Shown here piece after piece: positions 39,023 to 49,914 of a DNA stretch of 64,000 bases; within the stretch, counting starts at the first letter, position 1; every line of letters begins with the position of its first letter. A program made the position numbers and the translations under genes. The stretch covers positions 7,562-71,561 of the forward strand of contig DATLRS010000007.1 of the NCBI GenBank assembly GCA_035534535.1, given 5' to 3'. The notes under the pieces were generated by a model. It saw nothing but the letters and a program-made list of their open reading frames with translations. It did no database searches and was not told where the DNA came from. This DNA comes from Stellaceae bacterium (GTDB lineage Bacteria; Pseudomonadota; Alphaproteobacteria; ATCC43930; CGMCC-115725).

Positions 39023-40246
39023 TCAGTATTGCCCCTTCGGCTCGAGGCCGAATTCGTGCTGGCCGTACATCGTGCCGACCGCGTCCCAGTTGAGGCTGAC
39101 ATGCCGCGCCACCGCGTTGACGTCGCGCCAGGCGCGCTGCACCGGGTTCGACAGCATCAAACCATAGCCGCCGGTCGAGGCGTTGAGAGCCTCGACCGCC
39201 TGCACCGCGAGCTTTGTCACATAGGCCTGGTTGCGGCGGCAGCGGATGCGGTCGGCGACCGTAATCGGCTCGCCGGCATAAAGCTTTTGCGTCATGTTGC
39301 GCATGTCGGTCAGCAGGATCAATTCGGCGCTTTCGACGCACGCGGCCGCCTCGGCATAGCGCAGCTGGATCGTCGCGAATTGCGCCATCGGCAGCTGCCC
39401 GCCGGCCAGCGCGCCGCGGGTCTGGCGCCCGGCCGTCATCTCGAGATAGGCATCGAGCGCGCCGCGCGCCGCACCCACCGCGGTCGAGGCCAGCATCGAG
39501 GCGCCGTGGATCAACAGCGGCATCTTGTAGAGCGGGTTCTGGTGGTACTTCGCCCCCGGCGTCGTGCCGGCCCGCGCGTCGGAAAACAAGAGGATGCGGC
39601 GCGCCGGCACAAATACGTCCTCGACTGCGATGTCCTTGCTGCCGGTGCCGCACAAGCCGTTGACGTACCAGTTGTCGATGATCTGGCAATCGCCGATCGG
39701 CAGCAGGAAGAAGGCGCCCTCATTCGCGTTCGCTGGGGAGGGCTGGCCGTCGGGCCGCGTGATGAAGGCGCCGAGATAGGCCCAGCTGGCATGATCGCAA
39801 CCGCTGGCAAACGACCAATGCCCGCTAAGCCGATAGCCGCCATCGACCGGCACCGCCTTGCCGGTCGGGGCAAAGCAGGCGCAGCTGAACGGGTCCTCGT
39901 CGCTCGACCAGATCTCGCGCTGCGTCTCGATCGGGAAATGGCTCATCGAGCGGCCGTTCGACACCGCGCCATTGACCGCCCAGCCGGTCGAGGCGCAGGC
40001 CGCCGAGATCGTCAGCGCGATCCTCAGCGCGGTCTCGCCGTCGTATTCGAAGCCGCCGAATTCCTGGGGCCGGCAGGTCCGCAACAGTTCGGCCTCGCGG
40101 AACTTGTCGATGATGTGCGGCGAAATCTTGCGATTGCGCTCGGTCTCTTCGGCCAGCGCGCGGATCTCGGGGACCATGGCGCGCGCCCGGGCGATCAGCT
40201 CGTCCGGGCTCGGGGCGGCGAGGCGGTGGATCGCGGCGGTGGTCAT
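39023..40246 (-). CDS. Acyl-CoA dehydrogenase-fold flavin-dependent monooxygenase (HsaA/HpaH-C2-like oxygenase component)
   Basis: 407 aa. ACAD-type N/middle/C domains without a thioester-binding signature. YRLSGHWSFASGCDHA and VNGLCGTGSKD are typical of the group D flavin monooxygenase HsaA-like clade. Confidence 0.75.
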   Translation of the reverse strand: MTTAAIHRLAAPSPDELIARARAMVPEIRALAEETERNRKISPHIIDKFREAELLRTCRPQEFGGFEYDGETALRIALTISAACASTGWAVNGAVSNGRSMSHFPIETQREIWSSDEDPFSCACFAPTGKAVPVDGGYRLSGHWSFASGCDHASWAYLGAFITRPDGQPSPANANEGAFFLLPIGDCQIIDNWYVNGLCGTGSKDIAVEDVFVPARRILLFSDARAGTTPGAKYHQNPLYKMPLLIHGASMLASTAVGAARGALDAYLEMTAGRQTRGALAGGQLPMAQFATIQLRYAEAAACVESAELILLTDMRNMTQKLYAGEPITVADRIRCRRNQAYVTKLAVQAVEALNASTGGYGLMLSNPVQRAWRDVNAVARHVSLNWDAVGTMYGQHEFGLEPKGQY

Positions 40247-40394
40247 TCCGGCTGTTCCCCGATCGGCCGCCGTTTAGCACATTGCGGCTCAAATAATCGT
40301 ACCGCGCCGGCAGCCGCCGCGGCAATGATCTTGGCCCCGGGATCTTGGCCCGGCTTAGCGCGAGTTTCACTCACGTTGAAGCACCTCCTCCTCC

Positions 40395-40454
40395 GTCATG
40401 GCCGGGCTTGTCCCGGCCATCCAGGTGGATCCCCGGGACAAGCCCGGGGATGAC
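40395..40454. repeat. REP-like palindromic element (GTCATGGCCGGGCTTGTCCCGGCCATCC ... CCCGGGACAAGCCCGGGGATGAC)
   Basis: Read directly. Repeat class widespread in Rhizobiales. Confidence 0.6.
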
Positions 40455-40493
40455 GAAAATTGAGAGGACGATCAATTTGATCGGAATCTGGGA

Positions 40494-42410
40494 TCAGCCG
40501 AACAGGCCGGCGGGTTCGCGCAGCACGATGCGCGCGTCGCCGACCCGCCGGGTCAGCCCGATCCGATCGAGATATTCGAGCACCTCGATCGTCAGGTTGC
40601 GGCCGATCCCGGAGCGGTCCTTGAACAGGGCGGCGGTGAAGGCATGCTCGGGCTGCTCCGCGGCGAGATCGGCGGCGAGATCGGCGAGACGGGCGATCGT
40701 TGCGGGCAGGAAGACGCGGTTGGCCGCGACCGGTACGACCCGGCCAAAGCGCTCGACGCGCCTCAGAAAGCGGGCGAACGGCTCGGGCTCGATCCCCAGC
40801 GCCGCCGCCAGTTCGCGCACCCGCGGCGGCCGCAGATCGTCGGCCGCGAGCAGCGGCTGCGCCCGCTCCCACAACCGCTCGTCCTCGCGGCTGAGGCGCG
40901 GGCGATGCTCGGGCAGCCGCAGCACCGTGCCGTCGCGCACTACCCGGCCGGCCGCAACCAATGCGGCGAGGGCGGCGTCGAGCACCGCCGCCGGCGCCTG
41001 GCCGCGCAGCCGGGCAAACAAGGCGGCGCGCGCCGGGCCCAGCAGGTCGGGCTGAGCGCGGTGCCACTCGGCCAGCATCGCCGCCATCGCGTCGCCGAGC
41101 GCCGTCAGCCGTTCGGTGCTGGCCGCGACCCCGCCGAAGCGCGCGACGCCGGCCGCCTCGGCCAGCTCCTCGATCTCGCCCAATGACAGGTTGCGCGCCT
41201 GCGCGAACGCGGCCAGCTCGACAATGCCGGACGCTGCGATCAGCCGCTCCAGCGCGTCGCCGGCATCCGGCTCGGCGAGCGCGGCGAGCGCGGCGAGCCG
41301 CTCGGGGCGGGCGCGGCCGCGTCGCGGCGGCCCCGGGTCGAGCACATGCCCGCCGGCGAGCGTGTGGCGCGCGGCATGGTCGCGGATCACGACCCGGTCG
41401 CCCCACAAGGCCGCGATCGTCTGCGCGAGATCGACCTGCGCGAAACCGGACCGGCCGGGCTCGATCAGCCGCGCCCCGAGCAGCGCCAGGCGGGCGACCG
41501 CGTCCTCGGTGCCGAGATGCAGATGCACCGGCAGCCCGTCGCGCAACGGCGCCGGCGCGGCGCGCGACACGGTGATCGCGAGGTCGATGCGGCTGACCGG
41601 TTTGTGCAAGCCCGGGTCCACGACCCAGTCGCCGCGGCGCGGCTCGCCGCTCTCGGGAAAGCTGCCGGCGAGATTGAGGGCGACGCGGTCGCCGGCGCGG
41701 GCCGCTTCGACCGGCCGGTTGTGGGCGTGGATGCCGCGCACCCGCACCTCGCTCCCGCGCGGGCTGAGCAGCAGCCGGTCGCCGATTGTGACCGCCCCGG
41801 CGGCGGCGGTGCCGGTCACCACCAGCCCGAAGCCGGGCAGCGAAAAGACGCGGTCGATCGGCAGGCGAAACCGGCCGCTCGCCGGCCGCGCCGCCCGCGA
41901 TGCGGCGGCGGCCTGGGCGCTGTCGCGCAAATGCCCGGCGAGCGCGGCGATGCCCTCGCCGGTGACGCTCGACACGGAATAGATCGGGCTCCGCGCATAC
42001 CCCGCCGCGGCGAGCAGCTCGACCACTTCGCTTGCGACCGCGGCGCCGCGCTCCGGCGGCACCCGGTCGATCTTGGTCACCACCCCGGTCACCTCGGCGA
42101 CGCCGATCAGTTCGAGGATGTCGAGATGCTCGTGGGTCTGCGGCCGCGGCCCGTCATCGGCGGCGACGATCAGCAGCACCCGGTCGATCGACAGGATGCC
42201 GGCCAGCATGTTCGGCAGAAACCGCTCGTGGCCGGGCACATCGACGAAGCCGAGTTCGGTGCCGTCCGGCAACGTGGTGTAGGCAAAGCCGAGATCGATC
42301 GTCAGGCCGCGGCGCTTTTCTTCCGGCAGGCGGTCGGCGTCGACCCCGGTCAGCGCGCGCACCAGCGCGGTCTTGCCGTGGTCGATATGGCCGGCGGTCG
42401 CCAGGATCAT
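40494..42410 (-). CDS. selB: Selenocysteine-specific translation elongation factor
   Basis: 638 aa. GTPase G1 [21 protein letters not shown]. Long C-terminal winged-helix region. Start overlaps the selA stop (ATGA). Confidence 0.9.
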   Translation of the reverse strand: MILATAGHIDHGKTALVRALTGVDADRLPEEKRRGLTIDLGFAYTTLPDGTELGFVDVPGHERFLPNMLAGILSIDRVLLIVAADDGPRPQTHEHLDILELIGVAEVTGVVTKIDRVPPERGAAVASEVVELLAAAGYARSPIYSVSSVTGEGIAALAGHLRDSAQAAAASRAARPASGRFRLPIDRVFSLPGFGLVVTGTAAAGAVTIGDRLLLSPRGSEVRVRGIHAHNRPVEAARAGDRVALNLAGSFPESGEPRRGDWVVDPGLHKPVSRIDLAITVSRAAPAPLRDGLPVHLHLGTEDAVARLALLGARLIEPGRSGFAQVDLAQTIAALWGDRVVIRDHAARHTLAGGHVLDPGPPRRGRARPERLAALAALAEPDAGDALERLIAASGIVELAAFAQARNLSLGEIEELAEAAGVARFGGVAASTERLTALGDAMAAMLAEWHRAQPDLLGPARAALFARLRGQAPAAVLDAALAALVAAGRVVRDGTVLRLPEHRPRLSREDERLWERAQPLLAADDLRPPRVRELAAALGIEPEPFARFLRRVERFGRVVPVAANRVFLPATIARLADLAADLAAEQPEHAFTAALFKDRSGIGRNLTIEVLEYLDRIGLTRRVGDARIVLREPAGLFG

Positions 42411-43801
42411 GCGCCGATCCCCGCGAGCTGGCCGAGCTGGGCGAGGAATTCCGCCTCGTCCTCGAGGCAGCGCAGATCGAGGATCAGGCGGCCGCCCTCG
42501 ATATGGCCGATCACCGGCACCGGCAGGGCGCGCAGCCGCATGGCCAGCGCCTCGACGGCGCGTCCCGAGGCGGCTAGCGGCGTCAGCGCCAGCCCGGCGC
42601 TCGGCAACAGCGAGACCGGCAGCGCTCCGCTGCCGATCTGGCTTTTGGTCTCAACCAGCGCGACGCCGGCGATGCCGTCGAGCGCCTCTGCCAATGCCGG
42701 CATCAGCCGCTCTGCCAGCGCCGCGATCTCGGGGCAGGGCCGCGCCAGGAGCCGCAGGGTCGGCAGAAGCGCGGCGAGCCGATCGGGGTCGGCGTAGAGG
42801 CGGAGCACCGCTTCCAATGCCGCGAGGCGGATCTTGTCGAGGCGCAAGGCGCGCTTCAGCGGGTTTCGGGCGAGCGCGGCAACCAGATCGGCACGTCCGA
42901 CAACGAGACCGGCCTGCGGCCCGCCAAGCAGTTTGTCGCCGCTGAAGGTCACCAGATCGGCGCCGGCCTTGAGCGATTGCGTGACGGTCGGCTCGTGCGG
43001 CAGGCCCCAGCGGTCGAGATCGACCAGCGTGCCGCTGCCGAGATCCTCGACAAACGGCAGGCCGTGCTGATGCGCCAGTTCGGCCAGCCGCGACGCCGGC
43101 ACCGCCGCGGTAAAGCCGCTGATCGCGTAATTGCTGGTATGCACCTTGAGGATCAGCGCCGTCTGGGGGCCGATCGCGGCGGCGAAATCCGCCGGATGGG
43201 TGCGGTTGGTGGTGCCAACTTCGCGCAATGTCGTCCCGGCGCGCTGCATGATGTCGGGCAGGCGGAACGAGCCGCCGATCTCGATGAGTTCGCCGCGCGA
43301 GACGATCGCCTCGCGGCCGGCCGCCAGCGCGTTCAGCACCAGGAGAAGCGCGCCGGCGTTGTTGTTGACCGCGAGCGCCGCCTGGGCGCCGGTCAGCCGC
43401 TTGAGCCAGCCCGCGACGTGGTCGTCGCGCTCGCCGCGGCGGCCGCTGGCGAGGTCGTATTCGAGGGTCGAGGGCGCGCGCATCGCCGCGACCGCTGCCG
43501 CGATCGCCGCTTCCGGCAGCGGGGCGCGGCCGAGATTGGTGTGCAGCACGGTGCCGGTCAGGTTGAAGACGCGGCGCTGCGAGGGCTGCATCAGCCGCGC
43601 CAGCGCGGCGCCGGCGGCCGTGACGATGTCATCGGGCGATGCCGCCGCGCCGCTCCCGCGCCGCGCCGCGATCGCCTCACGCACCGCATCGACAACGAGG
43701 CCGCGGCCGTAGCGCTCGATCAGCGCCGCCGCACCCGGCAGGCGCAACACCTGCTCGACGGCGGGCAGGGCGGCCCTCTTGTCGCGCGCCCGCTCGCTCA
43801 T
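42407..43801 (-). CDS. selA: L-seryl-tRNA(Sec) selenium transferase
   Basis: 464-aa conserved part from [35 protein letters not shown] and [13 protein letters not shown] (PLP lysine) are typical of SelA. Start overlaps the selD stop. Confidence 0.9.
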   Translation of the reverse strand: MSERARDKRAALPAVEQVLRLPGAAALIERYGRGLVVDAVREAIAARRGSGAAASPDDIVTAAGAALARLMQPSQRRVFNLTGTVLHTNLGRAPLPEAAIAAAVAAMRAPSTLEYDLASGRRGERDDHVAGWLKRLTGAQAALAVNNNAGALLLVLNALAAGREAIVSRGELIEIGGSFRLPDIMQRAGTTLREVGTTNRTHPADFAAAIGPQTALILKVHTSNYAISGFTAAVPASRLAELAHQHGLPFVEDLGSGTLVDLDRWGLPHEPTVTQSLKAGADLVTFSGDKLLGGPQAGLVVGRADLVAALARNPLKRALRLDKIRLAALEAVLRLYADPDRLAALLPTLRLLARPCPEIAALAERLMPALAEALDGIAGVALVETKSQIGSGALPVSLLPSAGLALTPLAASGRAVEALAMRLRALPVPVIGHIEGGRLILDLRCLEDEAEFLAQLGQLAGIGA

Positions 43802-46050
43802 CGGGCGGCCGTCGCCGGCAGCGGCACCGCCGGCAGGAGCGCGCAGCCCGGGTCGAGCCGCACCCGCGCTCGCGCGCCGTCCCGGGCGACAACCACCCCG
43901 ATCGCCGCGGCCTGGTAGCCGAGATGCTGCAGCTCGGCGAGGCACGGCATGGCGCGCTCCGCGGGCAGCCCGGCGAGCAGCCCGCCGGCGGTCTGCGGGT
44001 CTATCAACAGCGCCGCCAGCGCCGGGTCGTGCTCGGCATCGCCGGGGGCGAGCGCCGCGAGAGAAGGCAGGTTGCCGCTATGCAACGAACTGGTCAAACC
44101 GGCGCCGAGCAGCGGCAGCGCGCCGTCGAGCGCCGGGATCGCCACCGGGTCGAGGCGCGCGTCGGCGCCGGAGGCGGTCAGCATCTCCAACAGATGGCCG
44201 AGCAGGCCGAACCCGGTCACATCGGTGCAGGCGGTGGCGCCGTGCCCGACCAGGCAGGCGGAGGCGGCGGCGGCCGGCTGCAGCATCGCCGCGATCGCCG
44301 CCCCGACGGTGCGCGCCGAGGCCCGCCCGCGCATCTCGGCGGCGAGGATCACGCCGGTGCCGAGCGGCTTGGTCAGCAGCAGCCGGTCGCCGGGCCTGAG
44401 GCCGCCCTTGCGCAGCAGATGCCCGGGGAGATGCCCGGGGCGGGGCAGCCCGGTCACCGCGAAGCCGAGCGCCAGTTCGGCGCCCTCGGCGCTGTGCCCG
44501 CCGACCAGCACCGCGCCGGCGGCGCCCAGCACCTCGGTGCCGCCTTGCAGCATGTGCCAGAGATCATGCTCGACGATCGCCGGCCGCGCCGGCGGCAGGG
44601 TGGCGATCGCCAGCGCCGTCTCGGGCGTGCCGCCCATCGCATAGATGTCGCCGAGCGCGTGGGTCGCCGCGATGCGCCCGAAGAGATAGGGGTCGCTGAC
44701 CATGGCGCGGAAAAAATCGACGGTCTGCAACACCGGCGCGGCGCCGGCAAACGACACCAGCGCGGCGTCGTCGGGGCTGGTGAGCCCGATCGCCACCGCA
44801 TTGCTCGACGCCGCGCCCAGCCTTGCCATGGCGCGCATCAGGACTTCGGCGGGAACCTTGGCGGCGCAGCCGCCGCAGCGCATCGCGTCGGCGCCGTCCG
44901 CCTCTGCCTCTGCCATCAGCGGCAGATCGGTATAGCGCCGCATCCAGCGTCGGTCGATCCAGTTCTTGAGATGCCACAGGCTTCGGCCATACGCCGCAAA
45001 CGGTCCGCGCGAGGCGACCGCGCGGCCGTCGCCGGTGCCGATCAAGGCGAGCGCGCGGCGTTGCGGCACGGCGCGCCGCAGGGGCTGGCCGGCCAGCGCG
45101 CGGCGCAGGTTGAGCGCCAGCGGCGGGCCGGCGCGGACCGCGTAGACGCCGGCCTTGTCGCGCCGGTGCGCCGGCATCGTCGCGATGTCGCCGGCGGCAA
45201 AGACCGCGCTGTCGGCCGGCGAGCGCAACCTCTCATCGATCACCACAAAACCGCCCTCGTCGAGCGGCAAACCAGTCTGCGCAAGCCACGGCGCGCCTTG
45301 CGCCCCGGTGACCCACAGCGCCTCGTCGAAGGCGATCGCGGTACGATCGGCGGCGATCAGCCGGCCCGGCTCGACGCGCACGATCGGGTTGTCGGTGACA
45401 ACCCGGATGGAGCGCTCGGCGAGGAGCCGCGTGAACAGGCGCCGTACCCGCGCATTGTGCGACGGCAGTAACCCTTCGCGCGTCACCAGCGTGACCTCGG
45501 GCCGGTCGCCGAGCAGGCCGGTGAGGCGATGCTGCGCGGCGAGCGCCAGTTCGACGCCGCCGGCGCCGCCGCCGACGATCGCCAGCCGCACCCGGCCCTG
45601 ATCCTGCGCCCGGTCGAGCAGCGCCTCCCAGCGCCGGGCAAAGCGCGCGATCGGCTTGACCGCAATCGTGTGCTCGGCCGCCCCCGGCACGTCATCGAGA
45701 CGCGGCGTCGAACCGATATCGAGCGAGACCACATCGTAGCGGAGCGCCGGATGGGCGCGGCACAAGACGTGCCGTGCCACGCGGTCGAGCCCCACCGCCT
45801 CGTCCTCGATCAGCCGGGCATCGGCGAACCGCGCCAGCCGCCCGAGATCGATATGGCAGTCGGCGAACCGGTAATGCCCGGCGACATAGCCGGGCAGCAT
45901 GCCGGAATACGGCGTCTCGACATCGCGGGCGATCAAGGTCAGGCGGACGCCGGCGGCGGGGCGCATGCCAAAGCGCTTCAGCACATCGACATGGGCGTGG
46001 CCACCGCCGACAAGGACGAGATCCTGGGCGATCGGGAGGGACCGTTGCAT
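43798..46050 (-). CDS. selD: Bifunctional FAD/NAD(P)-binding pyridine nucleotide-disulfide oxidoreductase-like domain fused to selenide, water dikinase (Cys form)
   Basis: 750 aa. Residues 1-~385 carry two Rossmann signatures ([10 protein letters not shown]; [14 protein letters not shown]). From ~390 comes SelD ([31 protein letters not shown]). The position that can be Sec is Cys here. Confidence 0.85.
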   Translation of the reverse strand: MQRSLPIAQDLVLVGGGHAHVDVLKRFGMRPAAGVRLTLIARDVETPYSGMLPGYVAGHYRFADCHIDLGRLARFADARLIEDEAVGLDRVARHVLCRAHPALRYDVVSLDIGSTPRLDDVPGAAEHTIAVKPIARFARRWEALLDRAQDQGRVRLAIVGGGAGGVELALAAQHRLTGLLGDRPEVTLVTREGLLPSHNARVRRLFTRLLAERSIRVVTDNPIVRVEPGRLIAADRTAIAFDEALWVTGAQGAPWLAQTGLPLDEGGFVVIDERLRSPADSAVFAAGDIATMPAHRRDKAGVYAVRAGPPLALNLRRALAGQPLRRAVPQRRALALIGTGDGRAVASRGPFAAYGRSLWHLKNWIDRRWMRRYTDLPLMAEAEADGADAMRCGGCAAKVPAEVLMRAMARLGAASSNAVAIGLTSPDDAALVSFAGAAPVLQTVDFFRAMVSDPYLFGRIAATHALGDIYAMGGTPETALAIATLPPARPAIVEHDLWHMLQGGTEVLGAAGAVLVGGHSAEGAELALGFAVTGLPRPGHLPGHLLRKGGLRPGDRLLLTKPLGTGVILAAEMRGRASARTVGAAIAAMLQPAAAASACLVGHGATACTDVTGFGLLGHLLEMLTASGADARLDPVAIPALDGALPLLGAGLTSSLHSGNLPSLAALAPGDAEHDPALAALLIDPQTAGGLLAGLPAERAMPCLAELQHLGYQAAAIGVVVARDGARARVRLDPGCALLPAVPLPATAAR

Positions 46051-46177
46051 CGCCCGCTACTATGCCCGAGCGGTCCGGGCGGCGCCATTTCCGATCGGCC
46101 GCGATGCGCCCCGGCGACGTGCTGGTGCGCCGGCGCTCCCGGCGGGGAACGAATTTGCCGGGCGACATGTTGGATAT

Positions 46178-48109
46178 GTGCCGGTCATTGCCTGCCGGGA
46201 CCTGTTTACAATCGCAGCGGTCGCGCCGGTGCCGAGAATTGCCAAGCTGTTCCTGCTCGATCCTCGCGGCGTCGTGACCGGCGGCAGCGCTGCAGCGCTG
46301 GACGAGGCGGGCTTTGCGGCAACGGAGTTGAGCGAAACGCCGTTCGATCGCCTGTTTGCCGCCGACACGCCGCCGGGCGGCTGTGCGGCCTGGCTGCGCG
46401 CTGCGGCGACGGAGGGTCAGGTCACGATCGCCGGCGGGCTGATCTGCAAGGACGGCACTCGCCTGCCGGCCAGCGTGGTGATTGCGCGGCTCGATACCGC
46501 TTGCGGCGCCGCCCTCTTCACCGCTGTGGTCAGTGAGATGCCGCCGCCGGACGATGGCGTGCTGGCCGACAGCGAGAGCCAGTTCCGCCTGCTGGTGCAG
46601 GGCGTCACCGATTATGCGATCTACATGCTCGACCCGCACGGCAACATCGCCAGCTGGAACCCCGGCGGGGAGCGGATCAAGGGCTATCGCGAGGAGGAGG
46701 TGATCGGCCGGCACTTCTCGCTGTTCTATGCCGCCGCGGACCGCGCCAAAGGCGAGCCGCAGCGCGCCCTCGCGGTGGCGGCGCGCGAGGGGCGCTACGA
46801 AGCGGAGGGCTGGCGGGTGCGCAAGGACGGCACCCGCTTTTGGGCGAACGCCATCATCGACGCGATCCGCGATGCGCAAGGCACACTGCTCGGCTTCGCC
46901 AAAATCACCCGCGATCTGACCCAAAAAAAGACCGCTGAGGAGGCGCTGGAAGAGACGCGGGCCGCCCTCGCGAAGTCGCAAAAGATGGAGGCGATTGGAC
47001 AGCTTACCAGCGGCATCGCCCACGATTTCAACAATCTTCTGACGATCATCGCCAACGCGTTCGATCTGCTTGCCCTCCCGGCACGCGACCCGGCCTACGA
47101 GCGCCGCATCATCGACAGCGCGCAGCGCGCGACCGAACGGGGTGCGCGGCTGACCCAGCAGTTGCTCGCCTTTTCCCGCCGCCAGCCGTTGCGGCCGCGG
47201 ATTTGCGACGTCAACGGCGTGATTCGCGGGTCTGAGCCGGTGTTGCGCGTCGCCTGCCCGGCGCCGATCGCCGTCGAGCTCAACCTGTCGCCGGTCCCGC
47301 TGACGGTCGAGATCGACTTGCCGCAATTCGAGGCAACGCTGCTCAATCTCATCGTCAACGCGCGCGACGCGATGCCGAGCGGCGGCCGGCTGCGGATCTC
47401 GACGCGGTTCGAGACGATCGGCAGCGCGCGCGCCCGGGCGATGTCCGGCATCGCGCCCGGCGATTACGTTGCCGTTGGCGTTGCCGATACCGGCGAGGGC
47501 ATGACGGCAGCGGTGCGGGCGCGCGCCTTCGAGCCGTTTTTCACGACCAAGGAGATCGGCAAGGGCAGCGGCCTCGGCCTCAGCCAGGTTTACGGGTTCG
47601 TCGGGCAATCGGGCGGTCATGTCGCGATCGACAGCGAGGCTGGCTCGGGCACGACCGTCACCCTCTATCTGCCCGCCGTCCGCCTGCCCGCCGAAGCCCG
47701 TCCGGCAGACGCGGCGGCGGCGCAACCGGGCGCAGCGAAGCAGCGTGTCCTCGTTGTCGAGGACAATTTCGACGTGCTCGACGTGACCGTCGAAACCTTG
47801 CGCGGCATGGGATACGACGTGGCGACCGCCGCCGATGCGCCGACCGCCATCGCGATCCTGCGCCGCGAGGAGAATATCGATATCCTGTTCAGCGATATCG
47901 TGATGCCGCGCGGGATGAACGGCATCGAACTGGCCCGCACCGCGCTGCGGCTGCGCCCGCACCTGCGGGTGCTGCTGGCGTCGGGCTATCCGCTGCGGGC
48001 CTTGTCGGGCGCCGAGCGGCGCGGCGCCGGCGGCGAATTCGCGTTTCTCAGCAAGCCTTATCGCGCCGCCGAACTGGCCCGGGCATTGCGCGCCTTGCAG
48101 CCGGCGTGA
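46178..48109 (+). CDS. Hybrid sensor histidine kinase/response regulator with PAS domains
   Basis: Part of ORF 45899..48109. PAS (NIASWNPGGERIKGY...WRVRKDGTRFWA), H-box SGIAHDFNNLL, GSGLGLS, receiver VLVVEDN...DILFSDIVMP. No in-frame ATG lies downstream of selD; GTG 46178 is proposed and the start is uncertain. Confidence 0.75.
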   Translation: MPVIACRDLFTIAAVAPVPRIAKLFLLDPRGVVTGGSAAALDEAGFAATELSETPFDRLFAADTPPGGCAAWLRAAATEGQVTIAGGLICKDGTRLPASVVIARLDTACGAALFTAVVSEMPPPDDGVLADSESQFRLLVQGVTDYAIYMLDPHGNIASWNPGGERIKGYREEEVIGRHFSLFYAAADRAKGEPQRALAVAAREGRYEAEGWRVRKDGTRFWANAIIDAIRDAQGTLLGFAKITRDLTQKKTAEEALEETRAALAKSQKMEAIGQLTSGIAHDFNNLLTIIANAFDLLALPARDPAYERRIIDSAQRATERGARLTQQLLAFSRRQPLRPRICDVNGVIRGSEPVLRVACPAPIAVELNLSPVPLTVEIDLPQFEATLLNLIVNARDAMPSGGRLRISTRFETIGSARARAMSGIAPGDYVAVGVADTGEGMTAAVRARAFEPFFTTKEIGKGSGLGLSQVYGFVGQSGGHVAIDSEAGSGTTVTLYLPAVRLPAEARPADAAAAQPGAAKQRVLVVEDNFDVLDVTVETLRGMGYDVATAADAPTAIAILRREENIDILFSDIVMPRGMNGIELARTALRLRPHLRVLLASGYPLRALSGAERRGAGGEFAFLSKPYRAAELARALRALQPA

Positions 48110-48142
48110 AGCGGGCGGTGCGCCGGTCGCCGGGGCCCGGCC

Positions 48143-49021
48143 TCATTCGCGGAACGCGAAGCGATAGGCCGCGCCGTGCCGCTTGATGTGCCCGGCAGTC
48201 GGGTCGGGGAAATGCGCCGGCATGACCAGCGTGCCGCTGTCGGCGTGCTCCTCGATCAGCCGGGTGCGGCTGACCCGCGAGCCGTCGGGGTCGGTGCAGG
48301 CCCGCGTCGACCACGCGGGCTTCAGGCATTGCAGCGGGTGATGTAAAACATCGCCGACAAAGACGCCGCGCTCGCCACCCGAGCGCGCATGGATCACGAC
48401 ATTGCCCGGCGTGTGGCCGGGATAGGGCTCGAACCACAGCCCGTCCTCGAGCGCGTAATCGTCGCCGACCAGCTCCGCCTGGCCGGTCGCGACGACCGGC
48501 AGGATGCTGTCGCCAAAGGCGGTGGCGTGCGGCGTCTCGGCGCCGCTGTCGTGCACCCCTTTCCAGTGATCGAATTCGCGCCGCGCCATGATGTAGCGCG
48601 CCTTGGGAAAGGTCGGCACCCACTTGCCGTCGGCCAGCCGCGTGTTCCAGCCGACATGGTCCCAGTGCAGATGGGTGCACATGACAAAGTCGATGTCGTC
48701 AACGCCGACCCCGAGCCGCCCCAGATCGGCGATATAGGAGCTGCGCATATGGTGCCATTGCGGGCGCGCCGGGCGCTCCTTGTCGTTGCCGATGCAGGCG
48801 TCGATCAGGATGTTGTGACGCCCGGTCTTGATGACAAAGCTGTGAAAGCTGAACACCAGCTTGCCGGTGGCCGGGTCGATCAGCCGCGGCCCCAGGAGGT
48901 CGGCGTTGGCGCGCACCACCTCGGGGTCGAAATCCGGGAAGAACTCGGTGGGGTCGAAGGACGGCCCCTCAAAATCGGCGACGCGGCTGATCTCGAAATT
49001 GCCGATGCGGATGGGCTGCAT
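48143..49021 (-). CDS. MBL fold metallo-hydrolase
   Basis: 292 aa. HxHxDH motif as THLHWDHVGW, and downstream GHTPG. Confidence 0.85.
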   Translation of the reverse strand: MQPIRIGNFEISRVADFEGPSFDPTEFFPDFDPEVVRANADLLGPRLIDPATGKLVFSFHSFVIKTGRHNILIDACIGNDKERPARPQWHHMRSSYIADLGRLGVGVDDIDFVMCTHLHWDHVGWNTRLADGKWVPTFPKARYIMARREFDHWKGVHDSGAETPHATAFGDSILPVVATGQAELVGDDYALEDGLWFEPYPGHTPGNVVIHARSGGERGVFVGDVLHHPLQCLKPAWSTRACTDPDGSRVSRTRLIEEHADSGTLVMPAHFPDPTAGHIKRHGAAYRFAFRE

Positions 49022-49174
49022 CTGTCCTCGCTGGCTCGATCGGGTGCGACAAGCCCCGACTGTAGCGCCGTGCCGCCGCCGATTCCTAGCGTGATCGACG
49101 CGCGCAACCGTTGCCCCGCCGGGGCGGGTCCGCTACCCTCGCCCAAGGCCGCCACCAATCGGAAAGCGCCGAGC

Positions 49175-49456
49175 ATGCGGGCCGTTCTTGTCGTGAGTCT
49201 GGTTGCCTTGCTGTGCCCCGTGACGGCACTCGCGCAGTCGAAGGCCCCGCCGCCGGCCAGCGCCCCGGCAACCGTATCGCCGGCGCCAAAGAGGGGCGGC
49301 GACATCACCCGCGACGAATATGTCGAGCACGCCAAGCGCAATGCCGAAAAGCGCTTCGACCGGATGGATAGCGATCACGACGGCGTTCTGACCGAGGCGG
49401 AGCGGCACGCCTATCGCGAGGCGCACAAGCGGCACCGTGCCGCGCCGAAGCACTGA
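49175..49456 (+). CDS. Secreted EF-hand domain protein
   Basis: 93 aa. Signal peptide MRAVLVVSLVALLCPVTALAQS. EF-hand loop DSDHDGVLTEAE. Confidence 0.65.
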   Translation: MRAVLVVSLVALLCPVTALAQSKAPPPASAPATVSPAPKRGGDITRDEYVEHAKRNAEKRFDRMDSDHDGVLTEAERHAYREAHKRHRAAPKH

Positions 49457-49475
49457 CACCGATAAGGAGGACATC

Positions 49476-49901
49476 ATGCCGGATGACGCACGTCCTGCCA
49501 CACGCAACGATGCCGCGCTGCGGATCAAGGGCCTCGACCATGTCGTGTTGCGGGTCGCCGATATCGATCGGGCGATCGCGTTCTATGGCGAGGTGCTCGG
49601 GTGCCCGGTCGAGCGCCGGCTGCCCGAGATCGGGCTGGTGCAGATGCGCGCCGGCGCCGCGATGATCGACCTGGTGCCGAAATCCGAAGACGAGGATGCC
49701 GGCAGCAACATGGACCATTTCGCGGTCCGTCTCGAAGCGCTGGACGTGGCGGCGCTGACCGCGCATCTCAAGCGCCACGGCATCGATGCCGGCGAGGTCA
49801 GGCGGCGCTACGGCGCGGAAGGCTATGGTTCGTCGATCTACATCACGGACCCGGACGGCAACACCGTCGAATTGAAGGGACCGCCCGAGACGGCAGCCTA
49901 A
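49476..49901 (+). CDS. VOC family protein (glyoxalase-like)
   Basis: ATG 49476 is preceded by AAGGAGG. IKGLDHVVLRVADIDRAIAFYGEVLG, HFAVRLE, YITDPDGNTVEL. Confidence 0.8.
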   Translation: MPDDARPATRNDAALRIKGLDHVVLRVADIDRAIAFYGEVLGCPVERRLPEIGLVQMRAGAAMIDLVPKSEDEDAGSNMDHFAVRLEALDVAALTAHLKRHGIDAGEVRRRYGAEGYGSSIYITDPDGNTVELKGPPETAA

Positions 49902-49914
49902 GCGCCACCTGACG

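Noticed and set aside
40327-40353. Near-tandem duplication GATCTTGGCCCCGG / GATCTTGGCCCGG between selB and the monooxygenase gene.
   Set aside because: There are only two imperfect copies next to a REP element, with no further structure. Noted as part of the general slippage tendency.
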